Shown here: positions 1 through 12,477 of the stretch, piece by piece
How positions within the stretch are numbered: the stretch's first letter is position 1
Layout: the number at the start of each line of letters is the position of its first letter
Source: Octopus vulgaris
Taxonomy: Eukaryota
Assembly (NCBI GenBank): GCA_951406725.2
Contig: OX597825.1
Span: 83,328,001 to 83,392,000, forward strand
Reading direction: 5' to 3'
Length of the DNA stretch: 64,000 bases
The notes under the pieces: generated by a model
What the model was told of the DNA's origin: nothing
Database searches by the model: none
The model's input: the letters and a program-made list of their open reading frames with translations, nothing else
Made by a program: the position numbers and the translations under genes

Positions 1-323
1 ACGTTTAACACAATAATGCTGTATCTCTGGCATGGCTGATCGGCGAATGCATGGTTGTATAGTTAGGACCATCGATTTGCGACGACGCAGTTTTTGCTTT
101 ATTACCTCTGCGCAGTGCCTTGGGTGCCTTGGCCTTCCATGCATTTTCTGTCAATCAAATTCTCTCAAAACCGCCCGGGGATTCTAGAAGTCACCTGTAC
201 CGTGCGTGAGGTGACCGCCTTTGAATCTTCTATTGTCCTCTATTGCGTTTTCGTTCCATTTTTATATTCATATATGCATATAGCGGCGTACGTACACTTT
301 TGCTCACCTTGTAAGTAAATAAG

Positions 324-325
<2 letters not shown>

Positions 326-380
<55 letters not shown>
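326..380. repeat. (TA)n microsatellite (one of dozens in the window)
   Basis: Pure TA run, followed by degenerate (TG/TA)n to ~530. Confidence 0.98.
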
Positions 381-384
<4 letters not shown>

Positions 385-1011
385 GAGAGAGAGATATTTA
401 TACATGCGTATATATACAAATATGTGTATTGTGTGTATGCATGGTGTGTATGTGTTTGTATATGTGTGTCTGTGTATGTGTGTATGGGCGTATATGTGTA
501 TGCGTGTTTGTACGCGCGCGCGTAGATATATGAACAAGCCGAACGAATTAACATATTTTACATATATTTTATAATTGGAACAGTATTGTGTTTGTCAACA
601 GGTTTCGCTTTCGCTAATTATCACAGTGAAATTATTGTAACGTCGTATTTTCATTAGAAAATACGAGTCCATCTTGTGTACGGTAGTTTGTGAATGAATC
701 AGCAAGTACAAAATTCTAAGGGGGAGGGGGTAATTCTTGATTGTTATTATTCAGAACAGGGGTGGTAACTCCTGAATTTTGGTGGAAAGGATTGATAAAG
801 ATACAATTATTTAGTGTGTAAATATTTCATCTCACTACTATAGCTTTTGAGTTTTGTATATTTATTTATCCCATCTCCAAAAATGACCACTAACCTCCTC
901 TGTCCTAGATAATAACGATCACCAATTACCTCCCATTAGAATTTTTTACTTGTTGGTTCATTCACAAACTCCCATACAGGGCATGAAAGTCCGAAATTAC
1001 AATGATATCAA

Positions 1012-1044
1012 TGTAATGATTAGCGAAAGTGAAACCGGTCGACA
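1012..1044 (+). ncRNA. Degenerate minimal hammerhead-ribozyme-like motif (Penelope-type)
   Basis: tgta ATGATTA gc-gaaa-gt GAAAC CG GTC gaca. GAAAC..GUC half with palindromic ACCGGT is intact; the CUGAUGA box has 2 substitutions. Confidence 0.4.
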
Positions 1045-1121
1045 AGCAATACTCTTTCACTTATGAAATATATTCAAAAAATATATTAAAACTATGTAAA
1101 TTGTTTGCATTTTCCTTCTGT

Positions 1122-1173
<52 letters not shown>

Positions 1174-1810
1174 TTATATAGATGTGTGTGTATGTGTTTA
1201 TGTATGGTTATAAGTATATATGTGTAAGTGTGCTGGTATCCTTTTGTATGTACATTTGTAATTAAAAACTTCCTATTTAAACACTGAATAACTAAAATTA
1301 ATATTTCATTTTGAAAACCGCTTTTAAGCGAGAAATCCGCTTTTAAGCGAGAAACACCTATCACATTCACTTTTGTAAGCACCCTATAAACATCTAAATA
1401 TTAAAGTGGAAATATGTGTGCTTATATTACTATATATATATATATATATATATGTATCCATACACACACACTTAAACACAGACAAACATATTGGAAGGAA
1501 AATGTACATATATATCTATACGTGCGTACGTGTGTGTGTATGTGTGTGTGTGTATGTATATATGATCTTGGTTGTTGGCTACATACTTGCTCATAGCTAA
1601 GTGAAATTTGCTACATGTGCAGGTTTTCCCAAGAAATAGTTCAAGGTTTATGTGTCCCTTTTCTAAAACTTCCTCGTACTTTTACACAGTTAACAATATG
1701 AGACTAATAGAAATGCATTGAATGAAACAACCTTGAAGTGTTAGTGACATGTTTAGAAAAAGGGTTCTCGAATTATCAACTCTATTTCAATGACAATAAA
1801 TGGGTTCCAG

Positions 1811-1825
1811 AGTGAGAGAGAGAGA

Positions 1826-1901
<76 letters not shown>
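1811..1901. repeat. (GA)n microsatellite
   Basis: Direct. Confidence 0.98.
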
Positions 1902-1902
<1 letters not shown>

Positions 1903-2118
1903 AATATTAGCCGCAATAAATGAAACGGAAAACGAGCTGCAGCTAAAGATTTCAAAAATCTTCCGCAGGAATCCATTACGTCTAACTCGAGTAAATTTCT
2001 CCTTGAATCATTTTCGAAATTTCTTAGTAATACCACTTCTGTGTGTTTGGATACACAGATTTCCAATATTTGTAGCATCGTTACAATCTATCCAAAATAT
2101 AGTTAATTAATGTGTGTG

Positions 2119-2159
<41 letters not shown>

Positions 2160-2648
2160 TTGCTTGAATAAACCATGCCAAGGACAACTATATCTGCGAG
2201 TTCACATTAAGCCGAAGTTATTTGGCGTAACAATATATAGATGATATCACGCATCAGTAAATACATATTCGCAAGAGAATAACTGGGTTAGTGTCATGTT
2301 GATTAAAATTGATTCTCTTGCTATGCGTTCATGGATACTCTTCCAATATCAGCAGGAAAGTTACGAATTTAAATAGGTGAATCACAGGTAATTTTAACAT
2401 CATCAATAAGCGAATGAAATAAAAGTGCTGATTCAAGCGGAACAAATTTAAATAGCAAATTTAAATAAGATTTTTGGCTGTAGCACTTTGCTGATACGAG
2501 ATGAACAAAGGCAAATTTACAATTCATGAATACTTATAAATCATTCATATTTTGGGGGAAGTACTCAAAATATGTTGTGTTCTTTAAGCAAGGTAAGTGT
2601 CTCGATTCATCAGTAACTTACATTGTATAACACAGCCATGCCCATATA

Positions 2649-2880
2649 TATTTCTTTACTGCCAACAAGGGGCTAAACATAGAGTGGACAAACAAGGACA
2701 GACAAAGGGATTAAGTTGATTACATCGACCCCAGTGCGAAACTGGTACTTTATTTATCGACCCGAAAAGATGAAAGGCAAAGTCGACCTTGGTGGAATTT
2801 GAACTTAGAACGTAGCGGCAGACGAAATACCGCTGAGCATTTCGCCTGGCGTGCTTACGTTCCTGCCAGCTCGCCGCCTT
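2649..2880 (-). mobile_element. tRNA-derived SINE family A, full length
   Basis: Minus strand ggcggcgagctggcag...gttcaaattcc (B box)...gcctttcatc.tttcgggtcgataa...ttagccccttg..ggcagtaaagaaata. Imperfect TSD cagccatgcccatata (2633-2648) / catccatgccaatata (2881-2896). Confidence 0.92.
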
Positions 2881-2913
2881 CATCCATGCCAATATAATAC
2901 GTAAATAGTTTTA

Positions 2914-3115
2914 AGGCGGCGTGCTGGCAGAATCGTTAGCACGCCGGGCGAAATGCTTAGCATATCTCGTCTGTCTCTACATTCTGAGTTCAAATTCCTC
3001 CGAGGTCGATTTGCCCTTCAGTCATTCGGGTTCAGTTGCGTACTGGAGTCAGCCTAATCGACGCCGCTCCCCTAAAAAAAAAGTATCGGGCCTTCTGCCT
3101 AGAGTAGAAAAGAAT
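2914..3115 (+). mobile_element. SINE family A, alternative tail (ggccttgtgcctagagtagaaaagaat)
   Basis: Same head and B box as 2649-2880, arranged head-to-head with it. Confidence 0.88.
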
Positions 3116-3139
3116 ATAATAAACAGCTTTAATAATAAT

Positions 3140-3347
3140 TTCAAAGTTTTGCGCAAGGCCAATAAGTTCGTGCGAGGGAGGTAGTCGATTAAATTAACCA
3201 CAATATTCAACTGGTACTATTTTATTGAGCCCGAAATAATGAAATGCAATGTCGAACTCGGTGTCATTTGAACACAGAACGTAAAGGAGGATAAAATGCT
3301 GCAAAACATTTTGCAGGTGTGCTGAAAATTCTGTCAGCTCGCCCCCT
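3140..3347 (-). mobile_element. SINE family A, old degenerate copy
   Basis: Recognisable ctggtac..tttattga.cccgaa..gatgaa..gcaa.gtcga..tcgg...atttgaac. Confidence 0.75.
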
Positions 3348-3944
3348 TAAATAGTCTTCGTATTACTGATTTGATGGGCTTGTGACAGTAACATCTTTTA
3401 TACGCTTTTTTATACGGGGCAAAACTCCATTTATATTATAGCCAATCGAATGTGCTAACGACGTCTTACGTGAATGCACGAGAGAGGTCGAGTGGAAGGA
3501 TATTTCATTCCCTGTAGCAACATTCTACGTAGGCTGGTTCAAATTTTAAGTACGGATAGTGTTATATAAAATCATCAAAAACTGCTGGCTTAATTGTGTT
3601 GTATCTCTAATTATCAGCTATGCATGAATTGGTATTTCGAAAATGAAGTTCATTGTTAGGTCGGAATAATTCCCTGGGAATATTCAGAGAAATTACAACC
3701 AACACAGCGATTTACTAATGAAGGTGACACTGAATACAATTTCCTTTCTCTGTCACTTGTCACATAAATGTCGGCCGGGTTGCAAAGCTCCTGCAGGGTT
3801 TGCCATAGTCGTGAAGTCCATATGGTGAACTGTCCACTTCTACTCATTTACACTACCTGCTAGAAATAGAGAACGAATTTTGTATGAGGTCAAGAGCGTA
3901 TCGTATTTATTGACGCCCAGAATATATTCCATCTCTCACTCTTG

Positions 3945-4016
<72 letters not shown>

Positions 4017-4085
4017 AATCAATCAATCAATCAATCTATCTATATATCTATCTATCTATCTATCTAGCTATCTATCAATCAATCA

Positions 4086-4155
<70 letters not shown>

Positions 4156-4176
4156 TTTTCTATCTATCTATCTATC
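3945..4176. repeat. (TATC)n/(AATC)n tetranucleotide array
   Basis: Direct. Confidence 0.97.
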
Positions 4177-4510
4177 TCTTCTTACATACATATATGTAAG
4201 TATACATATATGTATTATACTATGTATATATTTATGTATCTGTATGCATACATAATCAAAGTCACGGTACATGTACCTGTTTATTTGAGAGAAGAGTTAA
4301 AACCCTCTTTTGATTTTGGAGGGTTTTACCGCCACTTTCAAGCAAACATAGTGAACATATTGTACCGTGACTTTTTATTATATATTTTGTTTATTTGAAT
4401 TGTTTGCTGGCCACTTTATGATTATTTTCATAGATAATGATAACTTCTTTCAATTTCAAATTCATATATATATGTATATATATATATATATATATATTAT
4501 ATAGAAGGAG

Positions 4511-4688
4511 TTCTACAGGACTAGAACTGTTTCATTCAAGAGAAATCTTCAGGAAGCTCCTGAGCTTCCTGAAGATTTCTTTTGAATGAAACAGTTCTAG
4601 TCCTGTAGAATATATAATAAATTAATTTTACTCTGCTGTGTATTGAGTACCTTATTTACTGTGGTTAACCCCGAATCAACCCGGGACC

Positions 4689-4690
<2 letters not shown>
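4511..4690 (+). mobile_element. Penelope-like end fragment: 49-bp inverted repeat plus 3' extension, between (TA)n tracts
   Basis: Arms 4511-4559 and 4562-4610 (1 mismatch, 2-nt loop). Each arm carries CTGAAGA...GAAAC; AATAAA follows the right arm. Confidence 0.6.
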
Positions 4691-4720
<30 letters not shown>

Positions 4721-4723
<3 letters not shown>

Positions 4724-4871
4724 ATAAAAATGGTAACACAACAAAGGAATGAAAGAGAGCTCGATATTATGTAATAGAGGGATTTATCTGTAAATGCAAT
4801 ATGTGGCAATTATTCGGTAGACATATGATAAAACTCCGAGTTTCGGACGGCGAGGTGGAAATCCACGCCGC
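4721..4871 (-). mobile_element. Penelope-like 3' fragment with the 3' half of a hammerhead motif
   Basis: Minus strand hairpin cggcg-tgga..ccac-cgccg, then tcc GAAAC TC ggagt. The 5' side is lost in (TA)n; the island is flanked by (TA)n on both sides. Confidence 0.4.
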
Positions 4872-4932
4872 TATATATATATACGCATACGTATATATAT
4901 ATATATATACATACGTATATATGTATACATAC

Positions 4933-4989
<57 letters not shown>

Positions 4990-5418
4990 CGTATATATGT
5001 ATACATACGATATATATATATATATACATATATATATATGTATATATATATAAATACGTGTATATATATATGTATACGTATATATATATATATATATACA
5101 TACATGTATATACATAAATGCATACGTATATATATATATGTTAATATATATACATGCATGTATATACATACATACTATATACATATAAATATATATACAA
5201 ATATATATATATACATACATGTATATACATACATACGTATGTATATATATATTAATATATATACGTACATACGTATTTATAAATATATATACATACATAT
5301 ATATACATATATACATCTATATATATATATATACATATATATATACATTTGTATACACACATATATATATATATACATATATATACATTTATATATATAC
5401 ATATATATATACATTTGT

Positions 5419-5477
<59 letters not shown>

Positions 5478-5561
5478 CATAGATAGATACATATACATAT
5501 ATATATATACATACACATACATGCATACACCGGCATATACATATATTTTGCACACACACAC

Positions 5562-5597
<36 letters not shown>
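4872..5597. repeat. Compound (TA)n/(TACA)n array with higher-order duplications
   Basis: catacgtatatatgtatacatacga occurs twice (~4910, ~4986); atacatttgtatac occurs twice. Confidence 0.95.
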
Positions 5598-5964
5598 GGC
5601 GCACACACAGAGGGACATATCTATGTATGCATTTCTCACATTCCAACCTCAGATTCTTCTTGTTAACATAATGGGAAAACGTGTCTGCATAGGAAAGGGT
5701 TTAGAAGAAAGTGTACGACGCATTCCTAATTAGATGCCAATGTCGGGGGGGATTATCTCCGGATTTTCGTTTTTCACACGGAGACCATTAAAAAGTAGAC
5801 AAAGAAGAAAAACAAAGTATTGATTTAATGATGTCTTCTTTGTGTCGATATGCAAATCGGACAACAGGAGGCATTGCTAATATTGGCATGAAAGACAAAC
5901 GGAAGAAAAACGTGCAAAAAAAAAAAATTAAATAAAATCATTAACTCTAACATTAGTGATGGCA

Positions 5965-6129
5965 ACAGCGTCGTCATTGCCGCCGCCACCGTCGTCGTCG
6001 TCATCATGAGCAGTAGTAGCGGTAACACCGCCATCATCGTCGTTCTCAGCATCATCATCATCGTCAGACTGTCAACCACACAATGTTCATTTGTTCATTA
6101 TCCCAATCATCATCATCATCATCATCATT

Positions 6130-6181
<52 letters not shown>

Positions 6182-6415
6182 CCACCACCATCGTCATCGT
6201 CATCATCATCAACAACATCATCATCATCATCATCAGCACCATCATCGCCATCATCATCACCACCACCATCATGTTCACTATCACCACCACCATCATCATC
6301 ATCATCCATCATTATCATCACCACCAACTCCATCATCATCATCATCATCCTCATCATCACCACCATCGTCATCGTCTTCATCATCATCATCATCACCACC
6401 ACCGCCATCATCATC

Positions 6416-6447
<32 letters not shown>

Positions 6448-7017
6448 TACCATCATCACCACCATCATCACCATCATCATCACTACCACCATCATGTTCA
6501 CCATCACCATCACCATCATCATCATCACTATCAACATCACCATCATCATCATCATCTTCATCGTCAGAAGCCTGTTCTCCATCGCCACCACCATCTCCAC
6601 AACCACTTCGTCGTGGTCCCCATTTTCGTCACCACCACAATTATGTTCCCCCCCTTCATCTTCATCTTATTCTTGTCCTTTCTCGTCCTCTTCGTCATCA
6701 TCAACACCGCCACCTCCGTTACCATCATAATCACCAATATAATCCTTTTAATTATCCTCACCATCATCATTATTCCTCTTCTTCTCGTCATTGCCGTCAT
6801 CCTCCTCTCCATCCCTACTCCGACCTTGTAATCATCATCGCCGCTAATTGTATCTCTACCAATACCCAAAGCACCACAAACATCATCATCATCATCATCA
6901 CCGCAAACATAATCTTAGTCCGCAACACCACCGCCACCGCCACCATGATCTTCGTCGTCACTAACGTCACCGCCGTCGCCCCCATCATCGTTGTCATCGT
7001 CGTCGTCGTCGTCATCG
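5965..7017. repeat. ~1 kb degenerate (CAT)n/(CAC)n/(CGT)n trinucleotide array
   Basis: Direct; source of the poly-H/S/I/M/D ORFs. Confidence 0.95.
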
Positions 7018-7099
7018 AATGCGTAACATTTTAGATAATACCCCGACATTTGACTCCGTGTCATTCATCACCAATATAATAATAATGCCAGTGGTTATT

Positions 7100-7412
7100 G
7101 ATGAGGACGAAGAAGAAGAAGAAGAAGAAGAAGAAGAAGAAGAAGAAGAAGAAGAAGAACAAGAACAAGAACAAAAAGAAGAACAAGAACAAGAACAAGA
7201 AGAAGAAGTAGGAGAAGAAAATGAAGAAGAAAGGAAAGAAAAAAGAAGAAAAGAAAGAAGAGAAAGAAAAAGAAGAGAAAGAAGAAGAGAAAGATGAAGA
7301 AGAATAGAAAGAAGAAGAGAAAGAAGAAAAGAAAGAAGAAGAAAGAATAGAAAGAAGAAGAGAAAGAAGAAAAGAAAGAAGAAGAAGGAGAAGAGGAAGA
7401 AGAAGAAGAGGC

Positions 7413-7445
<33 letters not shown>

Positions 7446-7496
7446 AAGAAGAAGAAGAAGAAGAAGAAGAAGAAGAACAAGAAGAAGAAGAAGAAC
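7100..7496. repeat. ~400 bp (GAA)n-based polypurine tract
   Basis: Almost only A/G on the + strand. Confidence 0.97.
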
Positions 7497-7687
7497 CTCC
7501 CAAGGCTACAATTACTGAATCTTTATTTATTTTTAGTCTAATTTTTCGTTCTTTCCCTCATCACTACCCCAACCAATAATATCTTCATAATCATAATTGC
7601 GACATTATTTTCATTAATATTACCATAATCTCTGACATAATTATTATTATTATTATTATTATTATTGTTATTATTATTATTATTATT

Positions 7688-7719
<32 letters not shown>

Positions 7720-7980
7720 TGATTTAACCCAGGTTCGGTCCTATGGTAGGATTTATGTGAGTAGCGGGTCACTACCTCTAACCTTAGGTATCCACAAGCT
7801 TTCAGTTGTATTTCAAATGCTTGGAGCCCTCAAGATAATCTTTCCTGTTCCCAAGAGGCAAACTATGGGGAAAAGCTCTACTGGACATTCTATTCCAATT
7901 TTCTTCATCCATATCTTCGTCTTTATCTTTGCTCACAGTTTCCTATGTACCAATTATCAGAGGCTCCCAGAGCACCAATC
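7720..7980 (-). mobile_element. Dong/R4-clade non-LTR retrotransposon 3' end (relic)
   Basis: Minus strand encodes IGALG...WMKKIGIECPVELFPIVCLLGTGKIILRAPSI* (stop 7813-7815), matching the R4/Dong C-terminal IIGALG...LLGTA.I.R motif. Ends in (GAT)n(AAT)n; Dong elements target TAA repeats. Confidence 0.8.
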
Positions 7981-7994
7981 ATTATTATAATTAT

Positions 7995-8525
7995 TAAGTG
8001 AGAGAGCAGCGCATGCCATCAAAGTGACACTGGGGTGAAATATACGAAGCCCACTACACATCATCTCTAACCGTCTGATAAGGGTACACTAAGCACATGC
8101 ATCACAACCATATGTGCACGACATGGTGATCTCATGTGAAGATAAACAGCGCATGACCTTGCAGGTGGGGCCCAGTTAGAATTTTCTTCCGGTCGAGTAG
8201 CCCATCCCTCACAAAAGGTCCCTGAATAAAGTTTGTTTAAAGAATGACGAACAAAACACCACTGTTTCCAAACCCCAAAGACTTCGTCTCAACGCCTGAT
8301 ACTTCCCTATTACTTCTACTCGTGAATCAGAGATGCAGATATTGTCAACCACCAAGCGACATGCTCAACTGCTTCAGGTCAACAGACACGTAAATCTGTG
8401 GTATTGTACTGAATATTTGCTGTAGCCCATCTTTTATACCAAGACAAAGCAACGTACTTGATAACACTTCCGATCAGTTAAGATGTGAAGCCATGAAAGC
8501 CTCTGTCTGGTACTGCATCAGGGCA
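7995..8525 (-). mobile_element. ~530 bp interspersed repeat associated with (TAA)n; second copy at 42953-43300
   Basis: Reverse complement of ~8205-8525 aligns with 42953-43300 (atggcttc..atcttaactgatcggaagtgttatca.gtacgttg.tttgtcttggt.taaaagatgg...). Confidence 0.85.
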
Positions 8526-8540
8526 CAAAAGTATGAGATT

Positions 8541-8635
8541 CTTACTGCCCCTAGGATTCCCCCATGGTCACCTATCTAAATACACACTAGGCTCGACATT
8601 GCTTACCTTCGGTGATCGCATTCAGCGTGATATGG
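8541..8635 (-). pseudogene. 5S rRNA pseudogene (5'-clipped, ~20-nt internal deletion)
   Basis: Minus: ccatatcacgctgaatgc//gatcaccgaaggtaagcaatgtcgagcctagtgtgtatttagataggtgaccatggggaatcctaggggcagtaag. Colinear with invertebrate 5S rRNA including box A and box C; TTTT ~10 nt downstream. Confidence 0.85.
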
Positions 8636-8639
8636 GAAA

Positions 8640-8660
8640 TTATTATTAAAATTATTATTA

Positions 8661-8724
<64 letters not shown>

Positions 8725-8730
8725 CATTAT
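8640..8730. repeat. (TTA)n microsatellite
   Basis: Direct. Confidence 0.97.
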
Positions 8731-8958
8731 GCGGCGAGCACACAAAATTGTTAACACGGCGGAAAAAATGTTTAGCGGTCAACTTTTCCTTTCGTTGTTT
8801 CGGGTTCGATAAAATAAGTATTATCTGGCTATTGAGGTCGTCTGTAAATACAATCCTTATAATCATAACTCCACCAAATATATCTGCAAGAATGTCAACA
8901 TTACACTCGGCAAGAGAACCGCATGCCAACAATATCTTCTTTTATCTTTACTTATATC

Positions 8959-9191
8959 TCTTTCTTTACTACCCACAAGGGGCTAAACGCAGAGAGGACA
9001 AACAATGACAGACAAACAGATTAAGTCGATTATATCGACCCCAGTACGTAACTGGTACTTATTTAATCGACCCCGAAAGGATGAAAGGCAAAGTCGACCT
9101 CAGCGGAATTTGAACTCGGAACGTAGCGGAAGACGAAATACCGATAAGCATTTCGCCCGGCGTGCTAACGATTATGCCAGCTCGCCGCCTT
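8959..9191 (-). mobile_element. SINE family A, full length
   Basis: Complete head to tail; TSD tttacttatatc (~8947-8958 / ~9196-9207). Confidence 0.93.
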
Positions 9192-9302
9192 AATATTTAC
9201 TTATATCGTAGCATCGTCAGCAATGAGAATACAACCGGCTTCGTTATCTTCTACACTGCCAAAATCATTATCACCATTGCCAGAACCATTGAAAATGTCA
9301 CC

Positions 9303-9695
9303 ATCCGGGTTCAGTCCCACTGCGTGGCATCTTGGGCAAGTGTCTTCTACTATAGCCTCGGACCGATCAAAGCATCGTGAGTGGATTTGGTAGACGGAAA
9401 TTGAAAGAAGCCCATCGTATATATATATATACGTAGATATGTAGATATATGTATCTGTGTGTGTGTGTGTGTGTGTGTGTAAGTGTGTGTGTGTCTATGT
9501 TTGTCCTCCTAACATCGCTTGACAAACGATGCTGGTGTGTTTACGTCCTCGTACCTTAGCGGTTCGGCAAAAGAGACAGAATAAGTACCAGGCTTTAAAA
9601 GAATAAGTCCTGGGGTCGATTTACTCGATCGACTGTAGGCGGTGCTCCAGCATGGCCACTGTCAAATGACTGAAACAAGTAAAAGAGTAAAAGAA
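9303..9695 (+). mobile_element. tRNA-derived SINE family B, 5'-truncated
   Basis: ccgggttcagtcccactgcgtggcatcttgggcaagtgtcttc (CORE-like), internal (TA)n(TG)n, tail ggcggtgctccagcatggcc.c.gtcaaatgactgaaacaagtaaaaga. Confidence 0.92.
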
Positions 9696-9696
9696 T

Positions 9697-10110
9697 ATCA
9701 TCATCATCATCATCATCATCATCACCCCTAGTAAGTCTACCATCATTCAAACAAACAACATCAGCCCCATGACCAATATCATCTCTAACGCCACGTCCAT
9801 CATCAACATCGTCATCTCCATCACTATCGCCATCATTATCATCATCATCATCAGCATCACCAGTAGCAGCAGCATCATTACTATCACCATTATCATCATC
9901 ATCATCATCATAATAACTACCACTAGCAATTCACCACTTCATCACCATATTGTACACCAGCACCAGCACCGCCAGAAGTGCCATTGCCATCAGCATCACC
10001 GTCGCTCTCACAATCGTCAACATCACGAACATCATCACCACCACCCCATCACCACCAATATCATCATCGTCATCATAATCGTCACCTCCAGAAGCATCAC
10101 CACCGCCACC
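9697..10110. repeat. Degenerate (CAT)n/(CAC)n array
   Basis: Direct. Confidence 0.9.
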
Positions 10111-10462
10111 CCTGTTCACCCCGCACGCCAATCTCCATTCCTGCAAAATAAACGAGTACTCGAATATCGATCACTAATCACCACAGTGCTAAAATTTCAC
10201 AATACAAAATAATCACCAACAGAGATACTTATTAGTTTGTCTAATTAATAACGTAATCAACTATCATCATTTTAATCACCCTCATCTTCATTAAATTCGT
10301 GCTCAACGTTAATTAGCGACAGACGCAAGAATCATTTGCATTCTCTTTAAATTTTCTGAATTTAGTTTATTGTTGAAATTATTGTTGCCGATTCTGTAGA
10401 ATCTTATTATTTTATTCTTCAATCATAATCGTTATCTTTTCTTTTTCCTTTTTCTTTTTTTT

Positions 10463-10652
10463 GCTGGTTTCCATCACTGGGCTGCGTCCTTGCAAGAGTT
10501 GCGACTGGATCGGTTTTAATCGAAGAAATCTCACCAAGTACATATCCCCTGCCAGAGCCTCGTGGGGCTTTGGGGGTTTTTGGTCAGTAAACATTCACAA
10601 CGCTCGGTCTGGGAATCGGAACCGCCACTCTAGACACTGGGCCATTGTGCAC
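10463..10652 (-). mobile_element. tRNA-derived SINE family C, internally deleted
   Basis: Minus gcacaatggcccagtg...gattcccagaccgagcgttgtgaatgtttac...ccacgaggctctggcagggg, matching the copy at 31571. Confidence 0.75.
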
Positions 10653-10934
10653 ATAGGTATATTTATATATGTAAATAAAGATAAGATCGATAAATTAAAA
10701 GAAAATGACAATCCTCTCAAGTGGCCAGCATGGAAAATACGACCTTCAAAGGTAATAATTATTAAAATTATAAATTAGGGTATCTACGAGATACCACCAT
10801 CTTGTCGCTTTTTCTTCTCTCCATGTTGCTATATGAACACTTAAGGGGGTTTTAGAGTCGGATCATGGCTGCTATTTTCAGCATGGTGGTATCTCGTACA
10901 TACCCTGATTTATAATTTCATATATAAATATATA

Positions 10935-11106
10935 TATATATATATGTAATACACGAACTTCTTTCAGTTTTCTTCTACGGAACCCGCTCGTTAGGCTTCG
11001 GTCAGCCCGGATATATAGTAGAAAGAAGACATGTGCCAATGTGCCTTGCAGTGGTCTCGAACCCGAAAGCATGTGGCTGGGAATCAAACTTGTTACCACA
11101 GAGCCA
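10935..11106 (-). mobile_element. SINE family B, 5' part
   Basis: Head tggctctgtggtaacaag...cgggttcgagaccactgc. Confidence 0.8.
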
Positions 11107-11685
11107 TATTCCTTTTTGTTAATATTTTAGTTATCGATCGTTCGATTTCTCGTTTCAGAAGCTTTTGTTAGTCATCCATTTTCGATTGACACAAATCCAC
11201 ACAATCGCATAAGATCGTCATCGGGTTACGAAAAGAATCACAATGGCTTTTCTGACTGAGAATATTTCGCGATACGAATCAAGAAAAATTTAACGGAAAG
11301 ATTATACGTAATTCTTGAGATCGAACACAAGAAAAACTTTTGTCGTCAGAATCAGGTAAATGTATACACAGAATTAGGAGCACGTAGATATAAACATACA
11401 TACACACACTCACTTAAATCTAGTGCTTAATCTCAATGCCATTCACCCACTATGTACATACATGTGTTTGTGTATATGAGTATACTTACGTGTCTGTTTT
11501 TTGTTGGTGTGTGTATGAGTGCATGTGTGCGTGTAGATAGGTGCAAAATCTTTAAAATCTTCCTCAAAGATGTAATTTCAGAAAATGCGATTCTGATGTG
11601 CACGTTTTATCGAGTCCAAAAGTATTGGCCAAATTTAAGCAAAAGAATTTACACATTTTGTATAAAATAAGAAATATTATATAAA

Positions 11686-11756
<71 letters not shown>

Positions 11757-11766
11757 TGATGATGAC

Positions 11767-11814
<48 letters not shown>

Positions 11815-11837
11815 GGTGGTGGTGGTGGTGGTGGTGA

Positions 11838-11871
<34 letters not shown>

Positions 11872-11893
11872 GATGATGATGATGATGATGATG
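11686..11893. repeat. Compound (AAT)n(GAT)n(GGT)n array
   Basis: Direct. Confidence 0.97.
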
Positions 11894-12195
11894 AAAAGAA
11901 AATTTTAAAAATTGACTAAAACGAAGAAATTCTAAAAAAAAACTCTTATCAAATACCTTTCTGAATTTTCTCTTGAGCAGTTCCAAAATGCCTTGCAGGT
12001 AAATTTTGCGTTGCATTGTGTCGTGCGGTTGCGCAGTTAGAATCTCGGACAGCCTCGTCAAAGTATAATGTCTTTCTTTTGTTAGCGAAAGTATTATATT
12101 CCAAAAATTATTATCGTTACAAATCGTAATTTATGTTCAAAGATTTCAACATCCCTCGCGGGTGGACTTAGAATTGCATCGTTTAAAATTATTGC

Positions 12196-12370
<175 letters not shown>

Positions 12371-12477
12371 TATTTTGTATTTCCGATATACATATTCAAT
12401 CGTTTTATTTATTTATTTATTTTTCATATATATTATTTAATTACTTATAACTTATTATAGTTGTAGAGGGTTGATAG

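Noticed and set aside
1318-1354. Tandem ccgcttttaagcgagaaa x2, possible DNA-transposon subterminal repeat
   Set aside because: No partner terminal repeat identified.
4767-5646. Long YI-repeat ORFs (and all similar YI/CV/HT/LSIY/MYVC ORFs, e.g. 60587-61444)
   Set aside because: Stop-free microsatellite translations.
6006-7034. 342-aa His/Ser-rich ORF and overlapping poly-I/M/D ORFs
   Set aside because: Translation of a (CAT/CAC)n array that is open in several frames on both strands; no domain content.
8541-8635. Functional 5S rRNA gene
   Set aside because: 5' end missing, ~20-nt internal deletion, many substitutions, and not in a tandem array.
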